From the NCBI GenBank assembly GCA_951406725.2, contig OX597823.1, positions 40,176,001-40,240,000 on the forward strand: a DNA stretch of 64,000 nucleotides. The letters run 5' to 3'. Below, one piece after another: positions 14,067 through 25,965 of this stretch. Source of the stretch: Octopus vulgaris. Its lineage: Eukaryota. A model generated the notes under the pieces. The model did not search any database, was not told where the DNA came from, and was given only the letters and a program-made list of their open reading frames with translations. How positions within the stretch are numbered: the first letter of the stretch is position 1; each line of letters begins with the position of its first letter. The position numbers were made by a program, and so were the translations under genes.

Positions 14067-14100
14067 CTTAACATTTCGGATGTTAGTTCTTCATCAGAAG
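14067..14100 (-). ncRNA. Degenerate minimal hammerhead ribozyme-like motif
   Basis: Minus: CTT-CTGATGA-A-GAACTAACATCC-GAAA-TG-TT-AAG. Stem II is imperfect. Lies downstream of a possible decayed GIY-YIG C-terminus at ~14220-14400. Confidence 0.55.
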
Positions 14101-14609
14101 AAATAGAGAATCGTGGAGAGAATTATATAGAGAAAGGAAAAACAAAAATGATAGAAAGAAGAGAAAAAAAAAGATAAGAAGGTTGCGGTAGGTTACGTGA
14201 AGGGCAAAATACAAAAGTAATCATAACGGTAATCCAATGTAAAGTTCTAAGTTGGATTTACGATATCGAATCCAGAGGAATTCTGCGTAACCGTTAATTA
14301 TACGGTGTAAATACAATGAAGGATTGAAAACGACAAACAGGAGAACCAAGGTGGACGCTTGCATCAAAGACGACATTTGAGAATCCAGTTGTTCACTCAA
14401 CTGCACAAATGATTTATGAAATATTAACGTATAAGTAGCTGATTATTCCGAGGAGTTGCGTTCAAATAATGTAATCCTCAAACAGAATGAGCTTGGCACA
14501 TCAGTGTGACTTGGCTGGACATTTGAATCATAGTTACAATCAATCCGATTGGATTCCGTACAGTTTCTGTCGATCTACTTACACTCATAGAGTTTGGGCC
14601 GACTCGAGG

Positions 14610-14702
<93 letters not shown>

Positions 14703-14719
14703 CATCTATCCATCTATCC

Positions 14720-14792
<73 letters not shown>

Positions 14793-14944
14793 AGACATTG
14801 GGCCAAGTTGCTGTATCGTGCGGTAGGATCGAATCCAGGTCCGACCGATTGTGAAGCGAACTTCTTAACCACGCACGCACCCCGCTTCCACAAACAGATA
14901 CCACATATACATAGAAATAGATATTCACATATATATGAATGTTC

Positions 14945-14987
<43 letters not shown>

Positions 14988-15040
14988 GCACACACACACT
15001 CACACACGCTCACACATCTATATCTATCTATATATATATG

Positions 15041-15081
<41 letters not shown>

Positions 15082-15092
15082 ATTTTTATAAA

Positions 15093-15226
15093 TAATTCTT
15101 AAATAAGAATGTTGTTGACAGTGACTTCGAAGCTTCGGCTAGCTAAGCCATCGTTGGACAGCCGACGAAGGCTTAGCTGATCGAAATTTCGAAGTCACTG
15201 TCAACAACATTCATGTTTAGGAATAA
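15093..15226. repeat. Imperfect palindrome made of two head-to-head hammerhead-like units
   Basis: GAATGTTGTTGACAGTGACTTCGAA (15107-15131) is the reverse complement of 15188-15212. The plus unit reads GACAG-CCGACGA-A-GGCTTAGCTGATC-GAAA-TTTCGAAG-TC-ACTGTC. Confidence 0.85.
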
Positions 15227-15611
15227 TAAATTTGCACTCTACAAATGTAAAGAGTACACTATTAGATTAATGTAAAATTGCTTTTATAGCTGAACATAAA
15301 AACAAATAAATATGTATATATACGAGTGTGTGAGTGTGTGTATGTCTGTGTGTGCGCGCACGTGCGTATGTGTTTTAATATTTTGCAGTTTTGTTTAGGG
15401 GTCATCGACCATCAGGCGAAATTCAAGTAAATGGTCACTTTTAATGTATTAAACATGTATGTTAATGCCTTCTACTGCCAGTGATGAGTTCTCTATTAGT
15501 TAATGGTCGTACAATCTGAATAAAATATACTAGTATATGTTGTACAATTCTTGCATTGTGGTCTGCGTATTCATGTATATACTATCATGTCTCTGTAGGT
15601 GTTTATGTTCG

Positions 15612-15643
<32 letters not shown>

Positions 15644-15747
15644 TGTATGTATGTATGTATGTATGTATGTATGTATGTATGTATGTACGTACGTACGTAC
15701 GTACGTACGTATGTATGTATGTATGTATGTATGTATGTATGTATGTA

Positions 15748-15786
<39 letters not shown>

Positions 15787-16145
15787 ATGTCTGTATGTAT
15801 GTACGTATGTATGTATATGTATGTATGTATCTATGCACACACATAGATAATGTTTATCTGTGCATACATATGCATGCGTGTGTGTGTGTGTGTTTGTGTG
15901 TGTGTATTTGTGTTTAGGCATGTTCTAATACATTTATTTGTAATTATACGTGCATATATATACGTCAACACGCTGTAGTAAATTTTGCCACATATCTAAC
16001 AACTTTAGATCATATGACCACGCAAATAAACTCACACACCCCCTCATACACACATACACACACATATCTATATGTGTAACTATGTATGTATATATATATA
16101 TATATATAAATAGATATAATATATATATATATATATGAATGTATG

Positions 16146-16210
<65 letters not shown>

Positions 16211-16285
16211 CATACATTCATATATGAATATTTTTATGTATATACATATATGCAAGTATATATATGTATGTGTATATATATATAC

Positions 16286-16330
<45 letters not shown>

Positions 16331-16391
16331 TATACATTATGTATATATATATGTGTATATATATATATATATATATTTACATATATGCATA

Positions 16392-16470
<79 letters not shown>

Positions 16471-16522
16471 GCACACACACATATGCACATATACACACAC
16501 ACATATATGTAAATAACGTAAC

Positions 16523-16634
16523 TTAAGCCTGCATCCATTGTGGCGAAAGCAGTTTCCCGAGCCAGTAACTCCATAACAAAACCATAATTTCTTAGAGACG
16601 ATGTCAAATATGGCAGATTGCCCTTGTTAATTTC
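16523..16634 (-). CDS. Candidate internal exon ([37 protein letters not shown]), unidentified
   Basis: Acceptor CATCTTGTCTGCAG; only one frame is open; the donor (A|GTTACG) is weak; no recognised homology. Confidence 0.25.
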
Positions 16635-17323
16635 CTGCAGACAAGATGGCGGAATGGAAGAACTTTCGCTTTGTTGAAATGGTATTTCTACGGTCAGTGT
16701 GGTTCTGTTTGCTTTCTGTCACTTGCTTCCTCTCAGAGAATGATCGAGCTAATGACACTGATGGTACACATTGGTAATCTTGGGAAATGTTATGTTTGCA
16801 GTCGGGGTCTTCGCATCGACTATGATTGTGAGTTTTGTTTGTACTTAGTGGTTATTGTTGGAACATTGCAACCATGGTCGTGGTATTGATTAGGATTCCG
16901 ACAAAGGTTAGGATGTTTGCGGTCGGTTGTTGTGATCGTTCTCCTCATATGTCTTTGCTTAGCCGTCACTCGCAAGCGAGTACTTCCTGGTAGCTTGTAA
17001 CACGTTTTCGTCAATTGTTTTAGGTGCCTATATATTCGCGAGAAGTGTGTACACTCTTTGACTCAGCGGCGGGGCATTCAGTATATGACAGTTTAAAAAC
17101 AGAGAAAATTGCACCAGCTGTTGGTCTGCACTTCTTTTCAACTGTGTAGAATGGAACAACTGGAAATGAAATGCATTACTCAAAGACACATCACAATGCC
17201 CAGTCTAGGAATCGAACCTATAATCTTGCGATCACAAAACTAACATCCTAATCACTAGGACATGTACCTTCACATTCATCATATACACGTGTATGTGTCT
17301 GAGTATATGTGTACACACACACA

Positions 17324-17408
<85 letters not shown>

Positions 17409-18059
17409 GCACACGTGCATGTATATATATACACATATTATCTTGGATGGATCTGGAGAAAGAGGTGTCTTCGCATGAGATCGACCAAGTTAACGATCCT
17501 TTTGAGCAGTTGCAAGTGAACAGCTGTAGATAAGAGACGTGGTCTCTTATCACTGTGGTAGTGATAGAAAATGTGTAGAGAGAAGACAGGATGTTTATGG
17601 GCGAATGGAAGGTTATAGTGTGCTGGTGAATGACATCATACCAGTGAGTCGGGTGGCTATTCTTTGGATACCGTCTAAGATGTGTGTATAGGTGGCAGCA
17701 GCACCGCCCCGATGGGAGATCAGTACTCCATTGCGGGTAGCATCTGAGTTCTCTTTGGTTGTTTGGCGATGAAATAATAAATGGCTCTGAAAAGGAAGGA
17801 TCTGTCTTCGTTATGATGATGATGTGATTTTGTCACGAGAGATCCTCAGTGATGGTGAGGTCCAACAGCGTAGTCACCTGGAGGGCTCTAGTTGAGTGCT
17901 ATATATTATGAAGGGCTGTGGGGGCGCGTGGCTTAGTGGTTAGGGCGTTGGACTCATGATCATAAAACTGTGGTTTCGATTCCTGGCCCGGGCGATGCAA
18001 TGTGTTCTTGAGCAAAGTACTTCATGTCACGTTAATTCACTCTACTCAGCTGGCAGTGT

Positions 18060-18440
18060 ATTGCTCTCCTCTTTGTTGCACCGCTGACTCTAAACCCTAT
18101 CAAAGCCTTGCCAACTAAACGCTCCACAGAATCCTTACATCCTTCTTCAATTGACTTGCAGCGTGCTTGCGTGCTTTGCCTTCTTCACTCTTCTACCAGC
18201 TTCTCGTATCTGGCAATCTTTGTCTCATGAGCCTCCCCCTTGTGTTCTTCCCAAGACGCATTCAGTTCCCACATGATCACCTGGGTGAGGTTTGGTATGA
18301 TGTGCTCTGGCAACATAAACCGTTTGGCAATGTTTACTCTCCGGTACCAGACTGGGACAGTAGAAAGTTGGCATAATGGCTGATATTTGAGTTAACTGCA
18401 CCTCTCTCCAGCTTTGAGAAAAGTGGTGACTCCCTTCCTG
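18060..18440 (-). pseudogene. Remnant of an RLE-type non-LTR retrotransposon C-terminus (NeSL/Hero-like)
   Basis: Minus translation ELNASWEEHKGEAHETKIARYEKLVEE*...CKSIEEGCK resembles ELTVPWE..EAHERK..KY..L...P.EVGCRG. Confidence 0.6.
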
Positions 18441-18476
18441 AGGTGATGTTTACTCGATCATATATACACAAATGAG

Positions 18477-18785
18477 GAGGCGCAATGGCCCAGCGGTTAG
18501 GGGAGTGGACTCGTGGTCGTGGGATCGCGGTTTCGATTCCCAGACCGGGCACTGTGAGTGTTTATTGAGCGAAAACACTTAAAGCTCCACGAGGCTCCGG
18601 CAGGGGGTGGTGGCGATCCCTGCTGTACTCTTTCTCCACAACTTTCTCTGACTCTTTCTTCTGTTGGCCTGTTCGCTTAGCCAGCGGGGTGGCGTCATTT
18701 GAAGGCTAAAACAATGCGAAGTACATTGTGACCAGCGATGTGTAGCAACATCTGATAGCTTGGTTGGTCACTGTGATCCCGGTGA
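18477..18785 (+). mobile_element. tRNA-derived SINE (fourth family)
   Basis: GGAGGCGCAATGGCCCAGCGGTTAGG (box A) ... GGTTTCGATTCCCAGACC (box B), then a unique body ending in CTGTGATC-like repeats. Confidence 0.7.
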
Positions 18786-19169
18786 TACACACAAATAATA
18801 AATGAATCAACGATAGATCAGTAATGTCCATTCTTGCATGCAATACCAGACAGGTAAAACAAGATTACTTGAACAGGGAACAAAGCAAATTGTTTATCGG
18901 GAAATATGGAATTTCGATAAAGTAGCAGCCTTGAAGAATGAATCTATTCCTATACGAAGTCTCAACAATTTGTAATTTATGTATTGTGCTCTGTGTTATA
19001 CGTTTCCACACAGCTTCAACACACGTCTACATTGCTGTAATACGTTTTTGTATCGCTAAAATGCGTCACAACAGTTTAAAAAAAAACATTTTACGCTTTG
19101 TTTTACGCAAGTATGCTGGCTCCGAAGGGAAAGGGGTATGCCCACGGCCTCCTCGGCTTTACTTCAGAT

Positions 19170-19510
19170 TGGTGAGATTGCTGTCATTGCACATTGAACC
19201 TGTGGTAACTCTCGTGGGTAAGACATCAACAAAGAAGAAACAAAAGGGTCGGAAATTCTAGGAAGACAGGACCGGCTGTAGAGATTATTGCGGGGCTTCG
19301 TGTGGTATGGGTAAGTGGCGGTTTGCACGTAGCAAGGTTGATGGGAGGTGGAAGAAGAGGAGTAAAGATGAAAGGGATGGAAACGCCTGAGTGGAGTGGC
19401 ATGAGCTCAACCAACTCAGAAAAGCAGAGGCCATCATAGTAGCAGTATAAAGACAGATAGTGGAGACAGCACACCTGTGCTCTAGAACCTGGATCATGTT
19501 TCCGAACAAC
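19170..19510 (-). pseudogene. Degraded CR1/L2-group LINE ORF2 3' end
   Basis: Minus translation LEHRCAVSTICL/YCYYDGLCFSELVELMP resembles L.HRR.V..L.LFYRYY.G.CS.EL..L.P. Confidence 0.5.
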
Positions 19511-19544
19511 ATGAAAGTAAATATAGATATGTATACACATGTAT

Positions 19545-19648
<104 letters not shown>

Positions 19649-20502
19649 ACGTACACACGAACACGGACACACACATACACATTCACGCATTTGACAGAAT
19701 CGAAAGCGCGCCGGACAAAATGCTTCGTGGCATTTCGTCTGCCTTTACGTCCTGAGTTCAAATTCCACTGAGATCAGCTTTGCCTTTCATCCTTTCGGGG
19801 TCGTTGAAATAAGTACCATTTGAGCACTGGAGTCGATGTAATCGGCTTACCCACTTCCCCCAAGACATCAGGCGTTGTACCCATTGTAGAAAGAAGTATT
19901 ATTGTACAGAGAACTGTGTGACTTGATACTAATCAACTTCAATATTTTCAGCGTATTAAAGTTATTGTTATGTTTTAAACACTGAGAATAAAATAGAAAT
20001 TAAGACTATATAAAAAGACAATACAGAACAACAGCTACAGAAATAGGACACAAAGGTATCAAAATATAGAAAGAGAAACAAAATATTAACTATTAGGGGA
20101 GACAACTGTGGAATAACTGGTGCAAAGCGATATTTTAAGACACCTAAAAGTTATTTCCCTTGTTTAATTATTTTTCTGTCCATATTTCTGCTGTGGCGGA
20201 TTGGCAAAAATCGAGAGGCTGTTACAAAAAATTAAACACAAAAGCATTTTCCAAACGTTGGTTTTCAATCCCACCGAGGTCATCTTGTTTTTCTTCCTTT
20301 GAATGTCAATATATTATAGTACCAGTTAAGTACTATCCACTTTTATTCTTTAGGACTCTTTTAATATGTATTAGAGGCGCTAAACAGTGATGTGTACAAA
20401 TATAAACTTGTTCAGTTCTATATTTAAGAGATGAGGAATTATGTACATTATTTACATTATTTACATTTAACGGATATTCGTCCTCATCTTGTTTGTTGTT
20501 AG

Positions 20503-20545
20503 CACAACGTTTCGGCTGATATACCCTCCAGCCTTCATCAGGTGT
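20503..20545 (-). ncRNA. Minimal type-I hammerhead ribozyme (best canonical example in the window)
   Basis: Minus: CAC-CTGATGA-A-GGCTG(GAGGGTATAT)CAGCC-GAAA-CG-TT-GTG. Intact core, 5-bp stem II, stem I CAC/GTG, palindrome AACGTT. Confidence 0.8.
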
Positions 20546-20647
20546 CTTGGGGATATTTCGAATCTGGGTTCTTATTCCTCAGGTATTATTATTATTGATA
20601 TTATTATTATTATTATTATTATTATCATCATCATTATTATTATTATT

Positions 20648-20792
20648 CAGGTCACTGCGTGGAATCGAATTCAGAATCTTGGGGTTAGTAGCCCGCGCTC
20701 TTAACCACTACGCCATATGTCCGTGGGCGTGGCGGTTAAGAGCGCCGGCTACTAACCCCAATATTCCGCGTTAGATTCCAGGCAGCGACCTG
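20648..20792. mobile_element. Head-to-head inverted pair of a short tRNA-derived element with (AAT/AAC)n tails pointing outward
   Basis: Left copy (minus) GGCGTAGTGGTTAAGAGCGCGGGCTACTAACCCCAAGATTCTGAATTCGATTCCACGCAGTGACCTG(AAT)n; right copy (plus) GGCGTGGCGGTTAAGAGCGCCGGCTACTAACCCC...TTCCAGGCAGCGACCTG(AAC)n. Confidence 0.8.
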
Positions 20793-20852
<60 letters not shown>

Positions 20853-20874
20853 AATAATAGTAATAATGATGATG

Positions 20875-20943
<69 letters not shown>

Positions 20944-20959
20944 CCCTGATGCAGTACCA

Positions 20960-21455
20960 AGTGCACGCCAGAAAAGGTCCCAGAAAATGAGAAAACAACA
21001 ATGCTATTGGATATGCTAATACACACAGATAGAGAAATTAAGGCCAATAGGCCAGATATAGTTGTTAGAGATCATGAAGAAAAATATGTTTTCTGATTGA
21101 TGTACCAATACCAACAGACGACAACGTTTCTCTAAAAGAAACGGAGAAACTTTCAAAATACAATGACCTGAAAATAGAGGTAACTCGAATGTGGATAGAA
21201 ACAATTCCTATCATAGTGGGCGCATTAGATATGATAAAAAATATTCAGACAAATACATGACAAAAACACCAAGACTAACAAGTAGATATAACATACAGAA
21301 AATAGCACTACTAGGCACCCGCACACATCCTGTTTAAAACACTTTCAATACAGTAACTATAAGAGCATCATAACAAACTACAGTACGTACCCAAGGCACA
21401 AGAGCTGCGCTCGGTAGTGCAGTGAAAGCACGTTATAAAAATAAGACTACTGAAT
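20960..21455 (+). pseudogene. 3' end of an R4/Dong-clade non-LTR retrotransposon (restriction-like endonuclease)
   Basis: Translates to ENEKTT.L.D..IHTDREIKANRPDIVVRD...LIDV.IPTDDNVSLKETEKLSKYNDLKIEVTRMW..IPIIVGAL; embedded between (AAT)n tracts, the target type known for Dong. Confidence 0.75.
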
Positions 21456-21479
21456 AATAATAATAGTAATAATAATAAG

Positions 21480-22512
21480 AATAACCGGTTGTAGTTGAGG
21501 AGAGGCCAGTGTAAAAGAGGCTTGATAGCAGTAGAAGAATGTGTTCAGATGGAAAAAATGCCTAGTAGAATATTTATCGCGCAGCACAGAAAAACTACTA
21601 AATCATGCGTGTAATTGGAGAGAAAAAAAAATAAAAGAAAACAAGAATGAAATACAAACAGAACGTCAGACAAATTGAAGAAAAACCTCTGCATGGTCAA
21701 TTTTAGAGAGTCACTGAAGATATATGTGGAACAAAATCCTGGGCTTAGTTTTAAAAGGGGCAATTAAAAAAAGAAACAGAGAGCTTAATTGTAGCATCTC
21801 AAGTTCACGCGCTAAAAAGAAACAAATTGAGAAAAACTATATCTGGAGAGAATGTGTCAGAAAAATATAGAATCTGTGGAACTTGGAACGAGGCAGTGGC
21901 ACACATTATGGCAGAATGACCCGGATTGGCATAGGAAGAATATAAGTAATGGAGGCACGTCTAGGTTGTAAAAGTTTTACACTGGAAACACATGGTAACA
22001 ATCATTGAGTTGAAAGAGTACTGGAGACGGAGAAATGTAAGATTTTGTAGGACTTTCCTATCCAAACGGACTGACCGGACATAGCAAATATAGATAAGGA
22101 AAAGCGAAACTAATCGACTCCTCATGCCCGTTTGATTCCAGGATCGAAAAGAAAGGGGACAAAAAAAATAAGATACAATCCCTTAATATTTGAAGGAGTA
22201 TGAAAACTGTCAAGCTCGTGCCTATGATAAATGGTGCGTTGGGAACAGTAAGCAAAGAAGTTTCCAGAAGTGAATTATTCAGACCCCACAAAATTCATCT
22301 CAACGCATGGCTATAATGCTCCCCCACTACTTCTACTCGTGATCAGAGCTCCTACAGAAAGTTTGTCTTTTAGGGACTGTAAGGATTATCAGGCAGGTTC
22401 TAAGCACTTGAAAGACTGGTGAAAACTTGTGAATACCTAAAGTTATAGGTAGCAACTTGTTATCCACATAAATTCTACTAGGAACAAGACCGAACCTCAG
22501 TCAAACCAAAGA
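21480..22512 (+). pseudogene. Second, more degraded R4/Dong-like LINE 3' region (zinc motif plus RLE)
   Basis: KPLHGQF...LKKETESLIVA.Q..AL...RICG...EAVAHIMAE; ends at (AAT)n. Confidence 0.65.
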
Positions 22513-22541
22513 ATAATAATAATAATTATAATAATAATAAT

Positions 22542-22615
<74 letters not shown>

Positions 22616-23496
22616 TGATAATAATAATAATAATAATAAATGCTCTGATGCAGTACCAGGCTCTCATGGCTTTTGATCTTAACTGATTGGAAGTGTTGTT
22701 ATGTACATTGTTTTATCTTGGTATAAAAGATGGGTTACAGCAAATATTCTGCTCAATATCACAGAATTGCTTGTCAGTTGCCTGACTTTAACCAGTTAAG
22801 CATGTCCCTTGGTGGCTGATGATATGTGCATCTCTGATCACGAGTAGAAGTAGTTGGGGAGCATCATAGCCATGCGTTGAGATGAATTTTGTGGGATTTG
22901 AATAATTCACTTCTGGAAATATAGGTGAATTTCGTCCTGTAAGGCTCAGGCAAAAACGCTATGAAAGGAGCTTCAACACATGTCTAGAAGCGGTGATCTG
23001 TCAAAAAGTTTACGCTGTAAAGGTGAACCCATCTCTTAAGGTCATTGCCAAAACGAATAACAAAGCCAAAAACAAAAAAAAAAGAAAAACCAAGCAGTAA
23101 AAAAGTACTATAGACAAATGACGACGACTGCAATGAAGTGATATACGCAAGCTACAATGCAACACTTCTAAAAACACATAGGAATAAACTCATACAATAA
23201 ATATCCAATAAAATGAAGAGCTCCCACAGTCGTTAAAAATAGAGTACCAGTCAAATGCTTGTGTCCATATAATCAACAATTCTACTCCTTCCCATTTCAA
23301 GCGTTCTGACTTCATTAGAAACCACATTCTTTTACTCTGCCATAGAGGCCCGATACTTAACAGAACACAACCCGCACTACACACCCAACACACAATACAA
23401 GCACTAATACAACAGAAACCTCAAACCAAGCCCTGTAACAAAGCATACTGATGCATTACAGTACAAAAGTAAAAAAAAAAAAGATGGTGCACTCAC

Positions 23497-23543
23497 CCCA
23501 GCAGTACCTTCTTTGTTACACTGCCTGAAATACCATCTCGCAG
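23497..23543 (-). other. Candidate 47-nt exon with strong splice signals
   Basis: Minus: TACTAAC-AATTCCTGCAG | exon | GTGAGT. One frame reads ARWYFRQCNKEGTAG and ends in phase 0, compatible with the 16634 candidate. Confidence 0.35.
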
Positions 23544-25820
23544 CTGCAGGAATTGTTAGTATCCCACACTTATATTTGAATGTTGCTATCTTCTGGATTA
23601 TGAGGTGTGGGGTAATTAGAATCGTTGCAGCATCGGAGAATATAACCCGCAATATTTGATCCAATTTTTGAGTGTCTAAGTTCAAATTCTACAACGGACA
23701 ACTTTATCTATTATTCATTTTGAGTCGTTAAAAATAGGGTACTAGTCAAATGCATTTGTGTCCATATAATCAACAAATCTACTCTTTGCCATTTCAGGCG
23801 TTCCGACTTAATTAGAAGCTATATTCGTTTACTCTTATGGTTGCTATTTCAAACACATTGCTTTGGGTTCTTTTTCGATTTCAATTGTTAAATAATGAAT
23901 TTACTTAACTTTTATTCACTTATTTTCTAGTTTACTTAATATATATTACCTTATAACTAACATGTTCTATGGAAATTGATGATTTTCCTTCAAGTTCTGA
24001 ATTTCTACAGTAGTACACTGAGATGGTTTTAGCCCAAATTATTTCCTTGATATCTCCGAGACACAGATTCACTGGTGCTACAAGAGACTACAAACAAGAG
24101 TTTACGTGTTGTGAGGATATCAGTTCATTAGTTTATCAATATTATCTTTTCTTTTCATAAATCTCTGCTATTATCAGCTCCGTTAGTTCTATATTAACTA
24201 CCATCAGATACGCTCTATCTTCTTGCCATAATTATCAGAACAAAACATTTTCTTCGAACTTTTCATTAATATTCATTTTCTCTTGCTTCTATTCCACACG
24301 ATTCCAACACTGTTGTTGGTGTTATTAGTATAGCACAATTGTTGTTGTTGCTGTTATCTAAAACTGGATAGACTCTCATTAAACATATTTATGATCAAAA
24401 GCATTCCAATCGTAACCATTCTGCCTTATTAAAAGGATATAAGACTACGTCGTCCAGTGTATTATTACATACTGCAAAAGGGTGATATTGGAAGGCATTT
24501 GGCTGCTACTTCTACCAGGTTGAGAGGCTAGGCTGAGACTCCCTCAGTGGCTCCTTAGTAATGTTGTTATGACATATAAGGCGGTGAGCTGGCAGAATCG
24601 TGAGCAGGCCGGGCAAAAAGCTTAGCGGCATTTCGACAGAAAGATTTCAAAATCCACCGAGGTCGATTTTGCCTTTCATCCTTTCTGCGTCTATAAAATA
24701 AGTACCAGTAGAATACTGGGGTAGATGTAATCGACTTATCCCTTCTCTCGAAATTGCTGGTCTTGTGCCAAAAATTTCAAATCTATGTTGTTATGACATG
24801 TGATAAAGAGAAAAGCTGGTGGTGCGACCTGTTTTATAAGTCATAGAGGTTATGACTATGACCTTTAGAAACCCTCTGTAATTCTCTTCAAAACAGCTGA
24901 ACTAGAGTTCAAATTGTAAGAGCTCTTTCTACACGGCATTTGGTATCTGTCTTCGACTAACAGTTTGACCTCAGAACACACACTAAACGGCCACGACCGA
25001 CCAACAAACTGAAGTTTTACGACCATAAAGCACCTTTATCGTTTACTTGTTTCATTCATTGAACTGTGGTCATGCCGAGAAACCGCCTTGAAGTGTTGTA
25101 CTATATTAAAAGTTTGGTACTTATTTTATCGGATTCTTTTGGCGAATCGTTAAGTTACAGGAACGTGAACAAGCTAACGCCGATTGACCAGCTCTAGTGG
25201 GAGCGACAGACACATACAAAAAGACACGCGCGCGCACACACACGCACGCACGCACACACACACACACACACATACACACACACACACACACGCACAAGCA
25301 TATACGACGAGCTTTTTTTCAGTTTCCATCTACCAAATCTACTCACAAGACATTGGTCGACCCGGAGCTATAGTAGAAAACATATGCTCAAGGTACCATG
25401 CAGTAGGACTGATCCATGTAGTTGTGAATTGAACATCTTACCACACAGACACATGTCTTTGCATAATGTGTTTTACATTTTGAATTTCTCAGAAGTTACC
25501 TAAAAAAGTCATGAAGTTAAAGTAGATATAGATAGTGACGAAGTCTAATTTTATTTTCTGTAATTAAGTTAATGTTCACTTATATGTGTGATAAATATAA
25601 AAGAATATCCAATTAAAAATAATAAAATTGTAACAAAATGACACCATAGCTCAATGCTTAACATTGGTAAGATCATTTCGTAAACTACGGAAGATACCTC
25701 AGAACATATTTCTGCCGTATTACACCTCTTCAGCTACGAGGAAGTAACGTCGAGATTATTACTAAATAGATGTACAATATGACACAGGAGTGGGCATGAA
25801 GTATGTCTGTATAACTGCAG

Positions 25821-25904
<84 letters not shown>

Positions 25905-25965
25905 GTCTGTCTGTCTATCTATCTATATAGGCGCAGGAGTAGCTGTATGGTAAGAAGCTTGCTTC

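Noticed and set aside
20726-20792. Possible tRNA gene with ACT anticodon
   Set aside because: The acceptor stem does not close, the T-loop is degenerate, and it runs into a microsatellite tail; treated as a tRNA-derived retroposon.
23228-23835. ~110-bp direct repeat (23228-23335 / 23722-23835)
   Set aside because: Looks like a locally duplicated, decayed SINE tail; no evidence of LTR function.
25701-25735. Minus-strand CTGAAGA...GAAA hammerhead-like motif
   Set aside because: Stem II is largely unpaired; at best a decayed copy.
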